Shown here piece by piece: positions 24,801 to 38,619 of a stretch of 64,000 nt of DNA (positions are counted from its first letter, which is position 1; every line of letters begins with the position of its first letter). This DNA is from Octopus bimaculoides. Taxonomy: Eukaryota. The stretch spans positions 32,936,485-33,000,484 of the forward strand of contig NC_069005.1 of assembly GCF_001194135.2 (NCBI RefSeq). The letters run 5' to 3'. The position numbers and the translations under genes were made by a program. The notes beneath the pieces were generated by a model that ran no database searches, was not told the DNA's origin, and worked only from the letters and a program-made list of their open reading frames with translations.

Positions 24801-27800
24801 AAGAATGACCCAACTCCAGGACCATGCCTCATTAACATTGTCGCCAATAGATTATCCACCAGTTCCAGTTATTTTTTAATACCCACCACATACACACACG
24901 CTGGCCTACAGATATTCAGACCAAACACCAACCAAACCAACAATCACACAAGTTTGGGGAAAGTTCAGAGGCTGGGTCTTTTCTTTGATATGGCTGAATT
25001 ATTAAATTTTTACCAAATAATTTTAGCTGTGAAATTATGCAACTGCTATGAGTCAACACTAGGGTGGCTATATACACTGCTACCATATCAAAAGGGGAGG
25101 GAAAAAGCTTTTAAATTCATTCATTAGGTTTCGAGCAACATGATGCCAAACAAATTTTCAGGTTGTTTGTGGTCTTGACATCGATAAATACAAGAAATCC
25201 AGCTGACCACCTTCAAGAAGTTTAATAATAAGAATCTAAATGAACTCATTTTTATACTTTAAAAATTAACAAATTCAGCTCTTACGGAATTTATATTCTT
25301 TCTTTAAAGATAATATATCATTTAAAAACATACAGTAAAAAGAAAAGAACTGTATTTCAGATATCAGAAAATCAAAAAAGACTTTTTTTTTTTTTTTTTT
25401 TTTTTTTTATTCTTAAGTATATTTGTAAGTAAAGCCATCAAGTTTTTTGTAGATGTTTTATAGAAAAAATAAATACAAGATGAGAAGCACCATCCCTCAA
25501 CATGAAACAGATAGATTAATTAACAAGAGGTCAACGCTAGCTGTTAGCCATCATTAAATATAACAACCACCGATCATAGAAAATAGGCCTCGCAATTTAT
25601 TTAAACGAATAACAATAATCAATTATTTCAATCTTTTCTAATTCTGTTATTGAAGTGAGGCAGCTTTTGCAGCCATGTCTAGTAATTTATCAGTTTGACA
25701 ACACAGCAACGTTGGTGAAAATACAGGCGGAACCTGCTGAAAATATACTGATTTAACAATGCAGCGGGATATCTAGCAAATAATCAATAAGTTGGAGAGA
25801 GAAAAAAAAAAAAAAGAAAAAGAAAAAGGAAATAAATAGCCAACAACAATTATTCTCTCTCATCGTCCCTGCACCCGATATCAGTCTATTATTCACTCTC
25901 TCTCTCTCTCTCTCCTCACACCTGCATCCCTGCACCCCTGCCCTACTATCAATGTATTGAAATAACAAAGAAATATGTTGTTAGAGAGAGAGAACAAGAG
26001 TGGAGAGCAGTTGTGAACAGAGGAGGAGGAGAAGGAATAAAACTTTCTCGTTTTCTTTCTCTTTATTTTATAAAGCAACGATGTTGATGCACGGAGCTTG
26101 AAGAACCTTGATTAAAGATGGTTGTAAACAACAATCCTGTGAATTCTATTAACATTCATCTGGCCCATAGTAAGCCATAAGCCAGCTTTAATCAACGGTT
26201 GTCATTCAAGAGTAAGCAACTAAAGAAACAAACCAAACCAGGATTGTTCTTCTCTTCCCATTGTTAATAAAATAGCAACTCACTTTCTCTCCCCACCCCA
26301 CCCTCATCTCTCTCTTCCTCAAACCATGACAATTCAACTCTCACAATTTTCACCAATACATTTATTACACAAAACTAATTTCTATATCTAACAACTTAAG
26401 ACAGTTTACTCAGGTAAATTTTCCAAAATGATAAGAACACAGTTAAAATAATTCTTCAGTTTGAAAGTAATTCGATTATCCTGTTCCAGGAAAGACACTT
26501 GCATACAAAGCAATTTTCTAACGAACTTGTTGTACATAGTTTATCTCAACTGATTAAATCCTGACACATTTCTTCTCCAGTAACGACATACCAAGCTCTC
26601 AGTAAATGTATTGCATTAGCCTGGAAATAATCTATACATTTGCAAATGCTCTATAAATTTAAAAACATTAGGATTTATAGATCTTAAGAACAAGCAAGTA
26701 AGCCAATCAGTTGGTTGGGTTTTGCTTTACCATGCACATGTATCGTTCAAGCAGGTATCGATCAACATTACAAGCCACATGAACCGAAAAGGACAACTCA
26801 GTTTTTCCTTCCAGTGAATTAAAATAGGTAAGAAGACAAGAACTGATCACAGAAATGGTTTGGCGCTGTTGCAACTGTTGCAGTTATTTACAAGAGACTA
26901 ATTCCAGGGCAACGGCAGAAGCATTGAGAACTTCTCCTACCATCAACAACAATACAATATTGTTTAATGAGTATCGGAATATTCAAAAGAGAACCGGTTT
27001 AACTCTTTTTCAAAGACAACACCATATGCCTTGACCAAAGCATACAAAGAATAATTAATCACAATCTCAATATTTTCAAAATGTTTTATTGTGCAACAGA
27101 AACCTCAAGAAATAATATTTTATGTATTTATTTATTTATTTATTGATACTTTTATTTAAATTGATTTGTAAGTCTTCTGGACAAAGAATTAAAGAATTAA
27201 ATTTTCAAATGTGAATCTGTTTTAGTAGCTATAAGTTGCGTTAAAATCATTTTTAAATATATAACTTTAAAAAAAAAAAAAAAGAAACAGAAGTCATGAA
27301 ATAATGGTAATTATTGTTAGACTTGGAAGAATTTCAAATCTGAACATTTGACAAACCATAAAAGACTACAATTCGAGCCTTCGGTCAGTTGTAAAGTATT
27401 TTCTCTTTTATCATAAACTAATGAGGACAATGGAGAATTACAAAAAAAAAAAAAAAAAAATGTCGAAGAAGATTTTTTAAATGGATATAAATCATCCTCC
27501 ATTTATGCACTGCAATTAAATTTTTCAATTATCTTACGAGGCAAACAATTCAAGAACACCATTGCTGTAATAGAGCAGTGCATAGTGTTTTTGAATATAT
27601 TTTAATTAAACCAGCACAACTATAATAAACATGCTGTTTGAATTAGATTAGATTTACTAAACAAGTTTAATACAAACCCTTACATTATTATTATATAAGC
27701 AACGACAAGAACTTGGAGCTCTGTTGTCGCTATTATCAATTTCATGCATGTTTGCACAGATGTAGAGAATGAGCAATAATTGAAACCAATATTTATGATT

Positions 27801-30134
27801 TGGTATCTTTAAGTTGAATAATGTTTACATGGAGTAATAATAATAACAATAATAAATATCCTCCTCCAAGTGCCTCTCACAGCAGAGCTAACTGTATAAA
27901 GTTACATAGTAATGTTATCAGTTCAACACAATAACAATAGTAAATATTGAATACAGTCAGTCAACTGACAGTTATATAACCTTGCTGAACTTTTACACAG
28001 TCTTTGCTCTTGTTGGCTTTTCTCTTCTTCGTATCAACAACCATTCACTTAAATCTCACTCATAGCTATTCTGCTTCAGTTAAGATTTCCCTAAACAATT
28101 TTTAATATATCCTTAATACATTAGTCTAATATATGATTCATATTTAGCTCCCTCTGAACAGGCATACCTAATACAGACTAACAAATCATCTAATCAGATA
28201 ATACTCCCCTGTTACAGTAAATAATTTGAAACAATCTTTCGACAACATCTCCGATTACATTATTATAAATAATAACAGTGAAAATAAATTAGGAGAAAAA
28301 TCTTCTTTAACCTCCCCACCACCACTGCTAACCATTTTCTATTGTATTGTGCAGCATCTAGTGATACTGTAGGTGATTGTGCTAGAATTTAGCCAATGTA
28401 TTTGACCACATCATTCCCAAGACACCTATTATTATTATTATTATAGGGATCATTTCTGTTCGCGCATGCACACACAAGTGAGGAGTGAATAGGAGAACAA
28501 CGGTGTGTATCTACCTACGTACAACTCCTAGGATTTGGGACCATTGAGCAAATGTAAAGATTTCAACAAACTGAACACTTGGTTACAATTCCCAGATGAG
28601 TTAAATTCTTTAGTGCTTATTTTTTTTTTTTTGTTTTTTTTTTTAATAAGAAAGCTCTGTAGAAGACTTGCCCAATGTGCCACATAGTGGGACTGAATAT
28701 GAAATCATGTGGCTGGGAGAAACATCAATACAGGTTAAATGTAATGAGTAAAATATCAGGAGAGTTTTAATACTCCTGTAGTGGTTTAGAGTAACCTGTG
28801 GTGGTTCCAATCGAAGCAGGGCAATCCATGAACTGGACACACATTAATCTGGATGTGGTGATGTTCAACAGATCTAATAAATTCAATAAGTTGAATGCTT
28901 ACTCATATAGAGTGAAAGCAATTGAAAAATTGGTTCTAACAGGGACTTGAAGGTCTCACATGACAGCTTATTCAACCAGTGGTTGGTCCAATAACCCATC
29001 AGGTGAAACTTTATCACACACACACATGTATTTTAAGAAGGCTGGTGACACCTTTCATACTGTACAGCTTTAACAAGAAACCAGCTGTAGACTTTAGTTT
29101 TTGCTGCTTCACCTGATAAATGTTATTTAAAAGATTAAATTTCACTCGTATAATGTAATCTGGTTGGAGAGATTTAAAAGAAAAAGAAAAATTTGCAAAA
29201 TTGAATGATAGAAGAAAAAATATTAAAACAAAATAAAATAAAATAGACAAAAAGAAGTCTCACCAATATATCACATTCAATGTAGTAACATTAAGTAAAT
29301 TGTATAAATATGTTGTTTTTCAAACCAGAGTAATTAAATCTGTCATAGCAAGCTCTAACAGCCTGAAAATGTTTTCCATTTACAACAAAAGGAACAAATA
29401 AACATGTATATACATACATATATGTATATACATACAGAGCATAAAGTTGCAACATGTGTGCGTGTGTAAATATATGTATAACTCAAAGTAGAATCATTCC
29501 ATATAAGTAAGTGTTCATTAACACACTGTTTTATAGCTTTAATTCCAGTCAGACGGGCTATAAACATTAATTATTTTCTAATTCTTTATAAATATATAAT
29601 TAAAGGGGGAAACTGCTTCAAATTATTTGGAGCTAGTTTTCACTCAAACTTCATTAAATGAGCAACATTTCAATAAGATTAATCACTTTATTCCTAAGAG
29701 ATAACCTACTTCATTTAACTGTATAATAGAAACATGAAGAAATAAAAGATGGGGTGTATCCTCTTCTTCATTGAAATATGTTACAAGTAGTGAGTGGGGG
29801 GGGGGGCTTTCCCGTATCACCAATTTAATCCCTGATGCCTTCAAACTAAACATCTTTTGTTGAACCCGTTTTTAATAAGGCATATTTACACTCATGTTTG
29901 GCACTCTGGAGTTCTTTCATTCAAGTTAGTTAGCCAAAACACATTTCAAACAGACACACACACACAAATCTATATGCGTGTGTGTATCAGACATGGGCTG
30001 CATGATACATGGTTCATCACCAGGCAGGCTGTATTGCTAACAAAAATTTATGGTAATTTTTTATTTGGTGTGACATTTAGAAAGTCCCACGGGTCACAGT
30101 CCGCCCATAACTGGTTTATATTTACACAGGTCTA

Positions 30135-30332
30135 AAACTGGTATTGTTCACATTGTGTCTGCCTACATCCCAAAACTTAGCAGTTCAACAAATAGAGAAG
30201 AATAAAACAAAATACCAGGCCTAAAAATAGAGCAAGTTTAAAAGTAAGTACTGAGGTTGATTTGTTCCACTAAACCCTTCAAGATAGTGCCCCAGCATGG
30301 CTGCAGTCCAATGACTGAAACAAGATATAAAA
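30135..30332 (+). repeat. Dispersed repeat (family C) sharing the family B 3' tail; relatives at about 12975-13107 and 43378-43676
   Basis: Shared segments aagtactgaggt(t/c)(g/a)att and gcccc(a/t)(g/a)catgg(c)(t/c)(g/a)cagtc(c/t)aatgac across copies. Confidence 0.65.
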
Positions 30333-30649
30333 CACACACACACACAAAAGAAAGGGAGACCAAAATAGCAGGCATCAGTAGGAGAGGTGGCACAGTTGGT
30401 AAACTGAAGCCAATATAAAAATTCTGGATTTCTTTCTAAGCCACGCTGCTACCATTGAAGATATTTAACATCTGTAAAATGGGGAAGGTGTGTGTGGAGA
30501 GAGCGAGAGAGGTCTGTATTGTCAGGTCATATAAATATATATACACTACTGTATGCTAATCAGCAGCTCAAATTGTAAACTACTATTCAGTTTTAACTGC
30601 AAAGTAACCTAACACCTTGTAATGGTACTAAATTCAGCAGAATGTGTAT

Positions 30650-30701
<52 letters not shown>

Positions 30702-31634
30702 TGCCTTAACCACTTATTGTTTCAGGATTATTCCAGCAAATGACATGTCTAAAAATACAAGCTTAAAAAGTCAGCAGGTCTCTCACTCTCAATATGTATA
30801 CACGTACACATATTTGAGTGTGAGGGGTGGGTGGGATTTTTTAAAATATGCAAAGAATTAAAGAAAAAAAAACACAATTAGGTAAGTTTTAACATCTCCA
30901 GTAACATTTCTCTGAACTGGAAAATTTTAAACAAGAAAGTAAAGTAACTTAGAACAATGTGGTCAAAAGCGATTAAAAGTAGATAAAGAATTAAGTTACA
31001 TAAACACAGAGACAGACAGACAGGCAGGCCAGCCGACAGACGGACAGATTGGAATATTATCTACAATTTAAGTTTATAAATAAATAATCCAAAACACAAA
31101 TAGCAACGAATCAATTCTACTGCTTGGTGATGGTGAAGGTGAGGGTGGGTGGGTATGAAAGCAGATGCAAGTCTCGAAATAAAGTGGTTCCAAGAATAGA
31201 ACAGATTTTGGCTTTATGAGGAGCCTTGGTGGCTGAATGAATGGGGGTACAGAGTTCATATCAGGCTATTGGTGGTACTGGATGAGAGACAAATCACTCG
31301 GCCCTTCTCCCACAAATGGTGGAGGGTTGGTAGGGGTACTGTGGTCTGCAGTGCAACCACTACACTCTTCCCCCTTTCCCAGCAACAATAAACCCCCTTA
31401 TCAAGATCACAAGGTCATCAAAGATATTGAGCTAAAACAGACCTCCTCAAGCTGGGTGGTACATGGAGAGAAGGGACAAGGGAGTAATAGATGTAGCTGT
31501 ACAGGAGTGTTGGGGGTATTTAAAAACTTTTTTTTTTTTTTCACTTAAACCCCAGGACTCATAAGACCAGTTACTCAATTTCCAGGGCACCGGTCTAATC
31601 AAGGCAGCAATTTTAAGCAGTGGACAAGTCAATA

Positions 31635-31800
31635 ACATCGAGCCCAGTACATAACTTGTACTTTATTTTACTTTATTTTATCAATCCAGAAGGGAAAGGC
31701 AAAGCTGACCTCAGCAGGATTTGAACACAGAATATAGAGAGTCAGTAGAAACACTGCTAAGTACCTTGTCCAATGTGCTAATAATTCTGCCAGCTCATCG
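31635..31800 (-). mobile_element. Family A SINE-like copy
   Basis: cccagtacataacttgtacttt...aaggcaaagctgacctcagcaggatttgaacacaga...attctgccagctc. Confidence 0.72.
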
Positions 31801-32223
31801 TACTAGAATTTTACTATTTAGATTATTAACTTTTTAAAAAAAGATTAAGCTTAATATCATGACAAACTGCGTGTTATCCAGAGTTACAACAGTAACCTAC
31901 TTTTAGTTAAAGCTATGTACTAAGGGTTGGGTCAATAACTCAGGTCAAGTAGTAACATATTAAATATTCGCTTATATAGTAAGATGGTGCTGTGCTAAGT
32001 AGTTGTCCGTGTCGAACTAGTACCCGGAACTAAATTAACTCTGACCTGATATCAGCATGTGAATAAACATTAAGAATTGAGGCCGAAGAGTGAATCATAG
32101 CGAGAGGGTGTCGGAGAAATCTTAGTAAAAAGAGCAATAGTTAGAAAAGTTTGAGAAGTACTGGACTCTTGAAAGCTTAAGTTTGTAAAAGGAACTTAGT
32201 AAAAATTAACAGTAGTTATTTCA

Positions 32224-32273
<50 letters not shown>

Positions 32274-32427
32274 ATATAAAAGGCCAAAATGGATAAAATA
32301 AGAAAAGTGTACGATGAGGCACCAAACTAGATTGTTTCCACATACAATTAAGTTAACATTATTCTAGAGCAGTATAAGAAATATTTTGAAAGGATTACAA
32401 AGGCAGAAACATAGATTGTTTGTAATT

Positions 32428-32590
32428 ATCATCATCATCATCATCGTTTAACGTCTGCTTTCCATGCTAGCATGGGTTGGACGATTTGACTGAGGACTGG
32501 TGAGCCAGAGGCTGCACCAGGCTCCAATCTGATTTGGCAGAGTTTCTACAGCTGGATGCCCTTCCTAACGCCAACCACTCAGAGAGTGTA
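32428..32590 (-). mobile_element. 3' UTR fragment of the same RTE family (diverged variant)
   Basis: Reverse complement of the RTE 3' end (gagtggttggcgttaggaagggcatccagctgtagaaactctgccaaatcag...gttaaac(gat)n) with local differences. Confidence 0.88.
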
Positions 32591-33292
32591 AGGGTTAAAT
32601 CTATCATTTCTGAAGAATACCCACAGTCTCCTCAGCCAATGATGAAGTCACTGACTTCACCCAATCTGCTAGAAATAGCAGCTGAATTTCCTTCCAATCA
32701 CATGTCATATTCAACAAAATTTACACAGTAGATAGTGTAGTCCTAGCTAGATTATGTCTGTGGCTAAATAGTCTATTGACTATTGATCTGTTTGATTGTG
32801 GTTGAGCTGGAACTAAACAAGATCCCTTACTATTAACATACCAGCTTCTCTCCTTACATTACAACGAATTTTATTACTGCAACAAGTGTTCCAAGGTCCT
32901 CTGTAACCATTTAAAGCCAAGACAGAACTTCCATCTACAGGGTCTTAAAAGGCTAGAAATAGCAGCCAAATTTCTCTCTTATATCATCACTTTTTAATTA
33001 AAAAGATAATTGATAAGTTTGATAAAGAGATAGCTAGAATGCCTCTGGTTATAGATTTGCTTCATCAGAGCTAACCTAGGATTAAACAATTCCATTAGTA
33101 TGAATGTTTTGCTTTAAAAAAAAACAAAAAAAACACGCACCCCAATCCAGCAACCAAAACTATGGTGTCACGTTTGTGAATGCAACACCCTAGGCACTTA
33201 GCCACCTGACCTCGGTAATACAAGAATGAAAAAAGAATAAAAATCAATGGAAGCTGTTAAGCAATTTGTAGAAAAGAATAAGAAGTGTTTAC

Positions 33293-33401
33293 CTTTCAAT
33301 AAGATTATGAAGGGCTTTGAAGAGAAGTGTCCGACATTCATAGGATAAGCCATTGTCCTTGTCTTTGTCTTTATCTTTATCCCAACAGCCTTTGTCAATT
33401 T
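33293..33401 (-). CDS. MED13: MED13 internal coding exon (most 5' exon found): [37 protein letters not shown]
   Basis: Acceptor cttttttttccag|AAATTG and donor GAAAG|gtaaac; 109 bp, phase 1 in and phase 2 out. The translation matches the MED13 N-terminal motif W[22 protein letters not shown] as I recall it from animal MED13. Confidence 0.96.
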
Positions 33402-35412
33402 CTGGAAAAAAAGAAATTAAGATTTTAAAACAATAAAACTTTGCTAACATAAAATATTTCTATCTCATCGTTATGTTTATTGTCAATAAACAGAAAGTGA
33501 AAATAAATACAACAGTTTTTATATTGACAAAACAATTTTTTTTAAATTTTAAATCTATAAGATAATTTATGAAAAACAAGAGAAAAGGGCAACAATGTCT
33601 TCTAAGAGAATTTGTTAAATGGAAATTGTGGGGAAGCCCGTTGTGAGTGTGTGTTGGAGGAGGGTGTATCAAAAAGATCAAAGTGTAGTAAACAGAACAA
33701 AATCGCAAAATCATTTACTGGTAAGAAATTTTTCTGAGTCTCCATGACATTATCAGAACTTCTAAAATAATAAGACAGACGATATAGAAAACATGGTTCA
33801 GCACTCATACAGAATAATTTACAAATACTTCAATGATTGATGCTTGAAACTGGAAATTACACCATGGCTGACCTACTTCTAGCATTCTTTGATAAAAGCA
33901 GGTAAGAATATTTTATATAAAAGTGATGGCGTTCCATTAGCTGGAATTCGCCACCAGTTTATGAACAAGAAACCCCCTCAGCTCCCCACAATTGTCTTAA
34001 ATGTCTATTTATATAGGGAACCAAAACACAAGAGCTTCAGTCTGTCGTCAAACTAAGGTTCCTGTTCAGTCAACTGAACAAATATTGTTCATATTCAGAA
34101 CAAACGAAGAACACAAGAAGATAATAATACCAGCAAAACCAGTAATTTGTATCCAAAACAAGACACTCCATACACTGTATGATAAGTATAGACTCGGTGA
34201 CTAATGATATGTCATCAACAAGAGCTAACTAGATGAAACTCCAACTTCCTTTTTCTAGGATCAGAAATAGAAGAATATATCGGCTCTCAATGAGGCATTT
34301 ATCCAGATATATGTTAGAACTTAAAAACTCACTGCAGCATGAATAAAGCAAATAGCATCGTAGCGAAGTGGGGGGGGGGCAGGAACTGTTGAGAAGAGAG
34401 TGGTGATGGCTTGGTTGCCTACACACTGGTTTATTTACTTGGCATTGGGAAATATCAATTTATCTTTCAGAGGTTCTGTTCCACATTGCAAACGGTAATA
34501 CAGAAATGGAATGGAAGATATGAGAGAAAAGAAATAAAAGTCTGAAATTATGATTATAAAAAAGGGGGGGGGGACCTAAAGACAGCATGCCAGTTATCTA
34601 GCATAGAGACAATTGCAGTCATGTGGAATTTTACAATTATTGCCATATAATTCCAATATAAACTTGAAAAGGGGGGAAAAAAAGATGAAAGAGACAGTGG
34701 AAATATATTGATTCTCTGAGCAAGTTAAAGACAAAATTAATGCAACATTAAAAGGGGGAGGGGAAAGAGACAGACAAGCAGAGTATTGGTTTTTCTGCAA
34801 GTTCTTTATTTATTTTTGTTTAATTTTCTTTTATAAATTAAACTGTAGATGTGTTTCTCTAAGCAATTCAGATGTCAATCTTATTTGGGCTTGCTTATAC
34901 TTCATAAAATTGTATTCAATTTAGTTTGCAAAAATAATTCCAATAAGTGTTTTGTGAAATTAATTATTCCTTATTAATTCATTCTTGGTAAATGAATAAA
35001 AACTGAATATTTTCTATTTTACTTATTTTCATAAATATTTTAATTATATACACAAAAATTATAAACTTTTACTACTTATTTTTAAATTTATTTAAATCTA
35101 TTAGAAACGTTGTTCTTGTTTAGTTTCTGGAAAGGAATATAAAAGAGGCAAATGCCCTAGAAAATGGTAACATCCCTAAAATAAGACATATTGTCAAGTA
35201 AGCGTCACTAATTGAATGTAAATATATATAAGACTCTACAAAAAAACTAATTATATATTCAAAACATTGGAAATACGTTAAAAAACAGAAAAACCATTAA
35301 ACTCTTTTTTATTTTAAATACAAACAATAAAATAAAATATTCTACAAAATCCAATAAAACAATACTTTATCAGTCTGTCAGCCAATTCCATTAATACTTG
35401 GTTAACCAATAC

Positions 35413-35830
35413 AATAATAATAATAATAATGGTTTCAAATTTTGGTACAAGGCCAGCAATTTTAGGTAAGTAGGTAAATCAATTACACTGACCACAGTCA
35501 GTGCTTGACTTTTTTCTCTTACCAACTTCTCCAAAAAGACGAAAGGTGAAGTTGATCTCAGTAGCATCTGAACTCATAATGTATGAAACCAGAAAAAAAA
35601 ATGCTACTAAGCATTTTGTCCAAGGCACCAAGAATTATGCCAGCTTGCTGCTTTATACTGTTTCAAATTTTGGCACAGGGCCACCAGTTTTAGGGAGAAG
35701 GGAATTAGTAAATTACATTGACCCCCATTTTTTGTTCCCGAAAAATGATAGGCAAAAGTTAACCTTAGTAGAATTTGAACTCAGAACATAAGTAGTTGAA
35801 AGGAAAGCTTCTAAGCATTTTGTTTGAGGA
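35413..35830 (-). mobile_element. Two head-to-tail family A SINE-like copies (about 35413-35652 and 35658-35830)
   Basis: Each begins on the plus strand with tttcaaattttgg(t/c)aca(a/g)ggcc and contains (t/c)tgaactca(t/g)aa B-box complements. The first has an (aat)n tail. Confidence 0.72.
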
Positions 35831-35926
35831 GCTTACCCAAATCTTCAGTAAGTATTTATTTTGTGGACTCTGAAAGGACTTTGGCAGTGACCAGTTAAAT
35901 CAACAAAGACAGAGGTCATGCTATTA

Positions 35927-36085
35927 ATTGACCTGCTAGAAGTAGTAGCTAAATCTCCCTCAAATCATACCCTGTTGTTTTAAAAAAGGAAAAAACACTT
36001 GAATATAGTAGTCTTAGATACACATAGACACTGGTGCAGTGAAGGCTGCAACAGTCAGGGGGAGATTTGGGGCTAAACAACAAGC
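35927..36085 (+). repeat. Unclassified dispersed repeat (family D, ctgctagaaatagcagctaaatct...ggggctaaacaac)
   Basis: Recurrent head acctgct(a/g)gaa(a/g)tag(c/t)agc(t/c)aaat at about 19595, 32667, 32950, 35931, 55790 and 60175. Minus-strand copies near 3230-3310 and 47960-48090. Confidence 0.65.
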
Positions 36086-36366
36086 TCAGTCATTCAGCTG
36101 TTAAAATTCTACTCATAAATAAATTTTAAGAACTAATAACTAACACTCCAAAGAAAAAGACAATAAAATCAAAATCAAAATTATTATTATTTATCTAAAT
36201 AAAGCAAATATTATGTATGTCAATAAAACAAATCAATAAAACATTTTCAATGTTTTCTGATGATATGAAGAGAGGAAACCCAAAGGAAGACTATTTTGAT
36301 AATAAAAGAATTAGGAATGAAAGCGGGTTTTCAACAAATGCGTAATGAAGTAATTTAGTTGTTTAT

Positions 36367-36397
36367 GAGAGAGAGAGAGGGGGGAGGGAGGGGGAGG

Positions 36398-36431
<34 letters not shown>

Positions 36432-36440
36432 AAGAGAGAA

Positions 36441-36491
<51 letters not shown>
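36367..36491. repeat. Compound (GA)n microsatellite
   Basis: Directly visible. Confidence 0.95.
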
Positions 36492-36495
<4 letters not shown>

Positions 36496-38538
36496 CCATC
36501 TCACTGGCTGGTCTAGCAGAGAGAGAGTTTAATCTCCTTAGAAGAACAACTATAAATAACCAATGCCTGCTCTACTTATTTCTGTACCTCTGAACACTGG
36601 GACAATGCCAGAATGCTGTACATACTGAGAAATCTGTAATTATTCAAGTCATTAATGTCTAGCTAATTAAAAAATAATACTCAGAGAAAAACAACTGAGG
36701 TTTTAAGTAAATACTGTGAAGAGCGAAAAGAAAAACATATTGGTTTTCAATTCTCTTATACATACACACATTAAACTAATTCTTGGATTTAGAATCAAAT
36801 TTCAAAACTATAAAATAAAAATCTAGGGTATGCTGCTCCAATAACACCTTTAGTAATAATATACTAGCAACTAAATAGTGTCTTTTAGTCGTTCATTAAT
36901 ATCCTCATCATCATTATTTTACATCTGCTTTCTATGCTGGTATGGGTTCAACAGGCCATGTGATCAGAGTCAGCAAATATTTGAGATCCTGGGATAGAAG
37001 ACAACAATTTGCTGGAAAAAATGTAACCAATTTCAATGAATTTCTCTGGCAAAAAATTTCAAGTGCACGCACGCACGCACGCACGCACACACGCAGAGCT
37101 TCATAGTTATCACTCATAAACAAGTGTAACCTGGTAGCATGTACCATGCTTTTTAGGTGCCTATTTCAGTTGTAAGCAGACACAGCCACCCTTGACAGGT
37201 GAGACACTAATGGCCTTCCAGCTGAAGGGAGAAAAGGCTGCACTAGTAAGCACTCACGGATACTTATTTTCAGTTGAGTAGATGAGAACAAAGTGAAGTG
37301 AAACACTTTGCTCAAACTATGCCATCCAACACCCTAACCACTAAGCTTTGTGCCTTCACATCACCATCATAATTATACATGTCAATACTAACGATTACTT
37401 ATTATAAAACTGTTTTATTTACTCTGATAATTAAATGTATGAAACTGAACTTTTGTTTCCAACACGACTAGCCTTGACACTAATTAAGAGTGAGGTAATG
37501 TGTGTTAAGTATTACTAAAATCAATGATGTCTCTGTTGTATAACTTTCAAACCAAATTGTTGAAATGGCAGATTTGTAGGAATACAGAGCAATAATCTGA
37601 ACGGAAACATTATTTGAGACTCTGAAAGGTAAATAGGAATTTAAAGCAGGAATAACTCCACTGTTCACAAATGATTTGACATAAAAAATGGAAAATTTTT
37701 TTTTTTTTTTTTTTTAAAGATCAATATTCCAACAAGGTGTATCTAATAAAAGTTAATTAATGAGGGGGGAAAAAAAAAATTCAAAACGATTTTTCGATAG
37801 AGGAAAAAAAAATACATTAAAATAAATCTCAGCTGGAATGTTCTGTTAGTTTAGTTGATTTGGTAACATTGGGTGATATATGAACAAGATATTTCTGTAG
37901 CTTTAAATCCACATCAAGTTCATCTAAAATACCCAAGAGGTATTTTACGTATCAGAAGGGGACATCTTTGAAGGAGAATAGATGCTGAAAGGAGGTGTGT
38001 TGCAGTTTTCTTTTTATAACACCAGTCCCAATACTTTTTGATCAGACCTCATACCACATTCACCCTTCAACATTGTCAGATCAAAACTCCAACAGCAACA
38101 ACTTTTTGCTCCTGTCATTCTGCCAAAAAAATAAGTACCAGTAATACAATGGGGTTAATTCTCTTCTGCAAAACTTGGCCAATTTCTTAGAATCACTGTT
38201 GTAGCACACATATCGCAACCAGTAATAATAGCTCTTCTTCTATCATTTATTTTCGATGTTAACACAAATATTTCCCTCCTACACATACCATCACCACCAT
38301 ACTTTCTTCTCCTTCAATTCCAGTTATGTCAGGTCAACTATTTATTATTCCTATTCCAAATTTCTTTATTATCTTACATGTCCCCACCACCACTCACAAC
38401 ATTCGTTACAGTAGTTCTCATCAAATACTTAACTTCAATATCATCTCCCTACCAGCTTTCAACCTCCTCCAACAAATAAAACACACCCCAAGAATGCGTT
38501 TCCACCAGCACATCATCATTTTAAACAGTCAGTACCAT

Positions 38539-38551
<13 letters not shown>

Positions 38552-38604
<53 letters not shown>
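38552..38604. repeat. (CA)n microsatellite; similar long (CA)/(TG) tracts at about 9163, 9307, 10838, 21860, 30651, 32228, 46861 and 50175
   Basis: Directly visible. Confidence 0.95.

Positions 38605-38619
<15 letters not shown>

Noticed and set aside
29355-29567. LTGIK in a minus-strand ORF, resembling MED13 DLTGIKW
   Set aside because: No following W or any other MED13 motif, and it lies downstream of the 33401 exon, in the wrong order.
31237-31548. 103-aa plus-strand ORF in a GC-richer block
   Set aside because: No recognisable domain or splice context; more likely a repeat fragment or chance ORF.
38430-38510. Minus-strand ILGVCFICWRRL resembling the MED13 exon 2 VWRR motif
   Set aside because: The frame stops shortly after, lacks ELWIFW and has no suitable splice sites.
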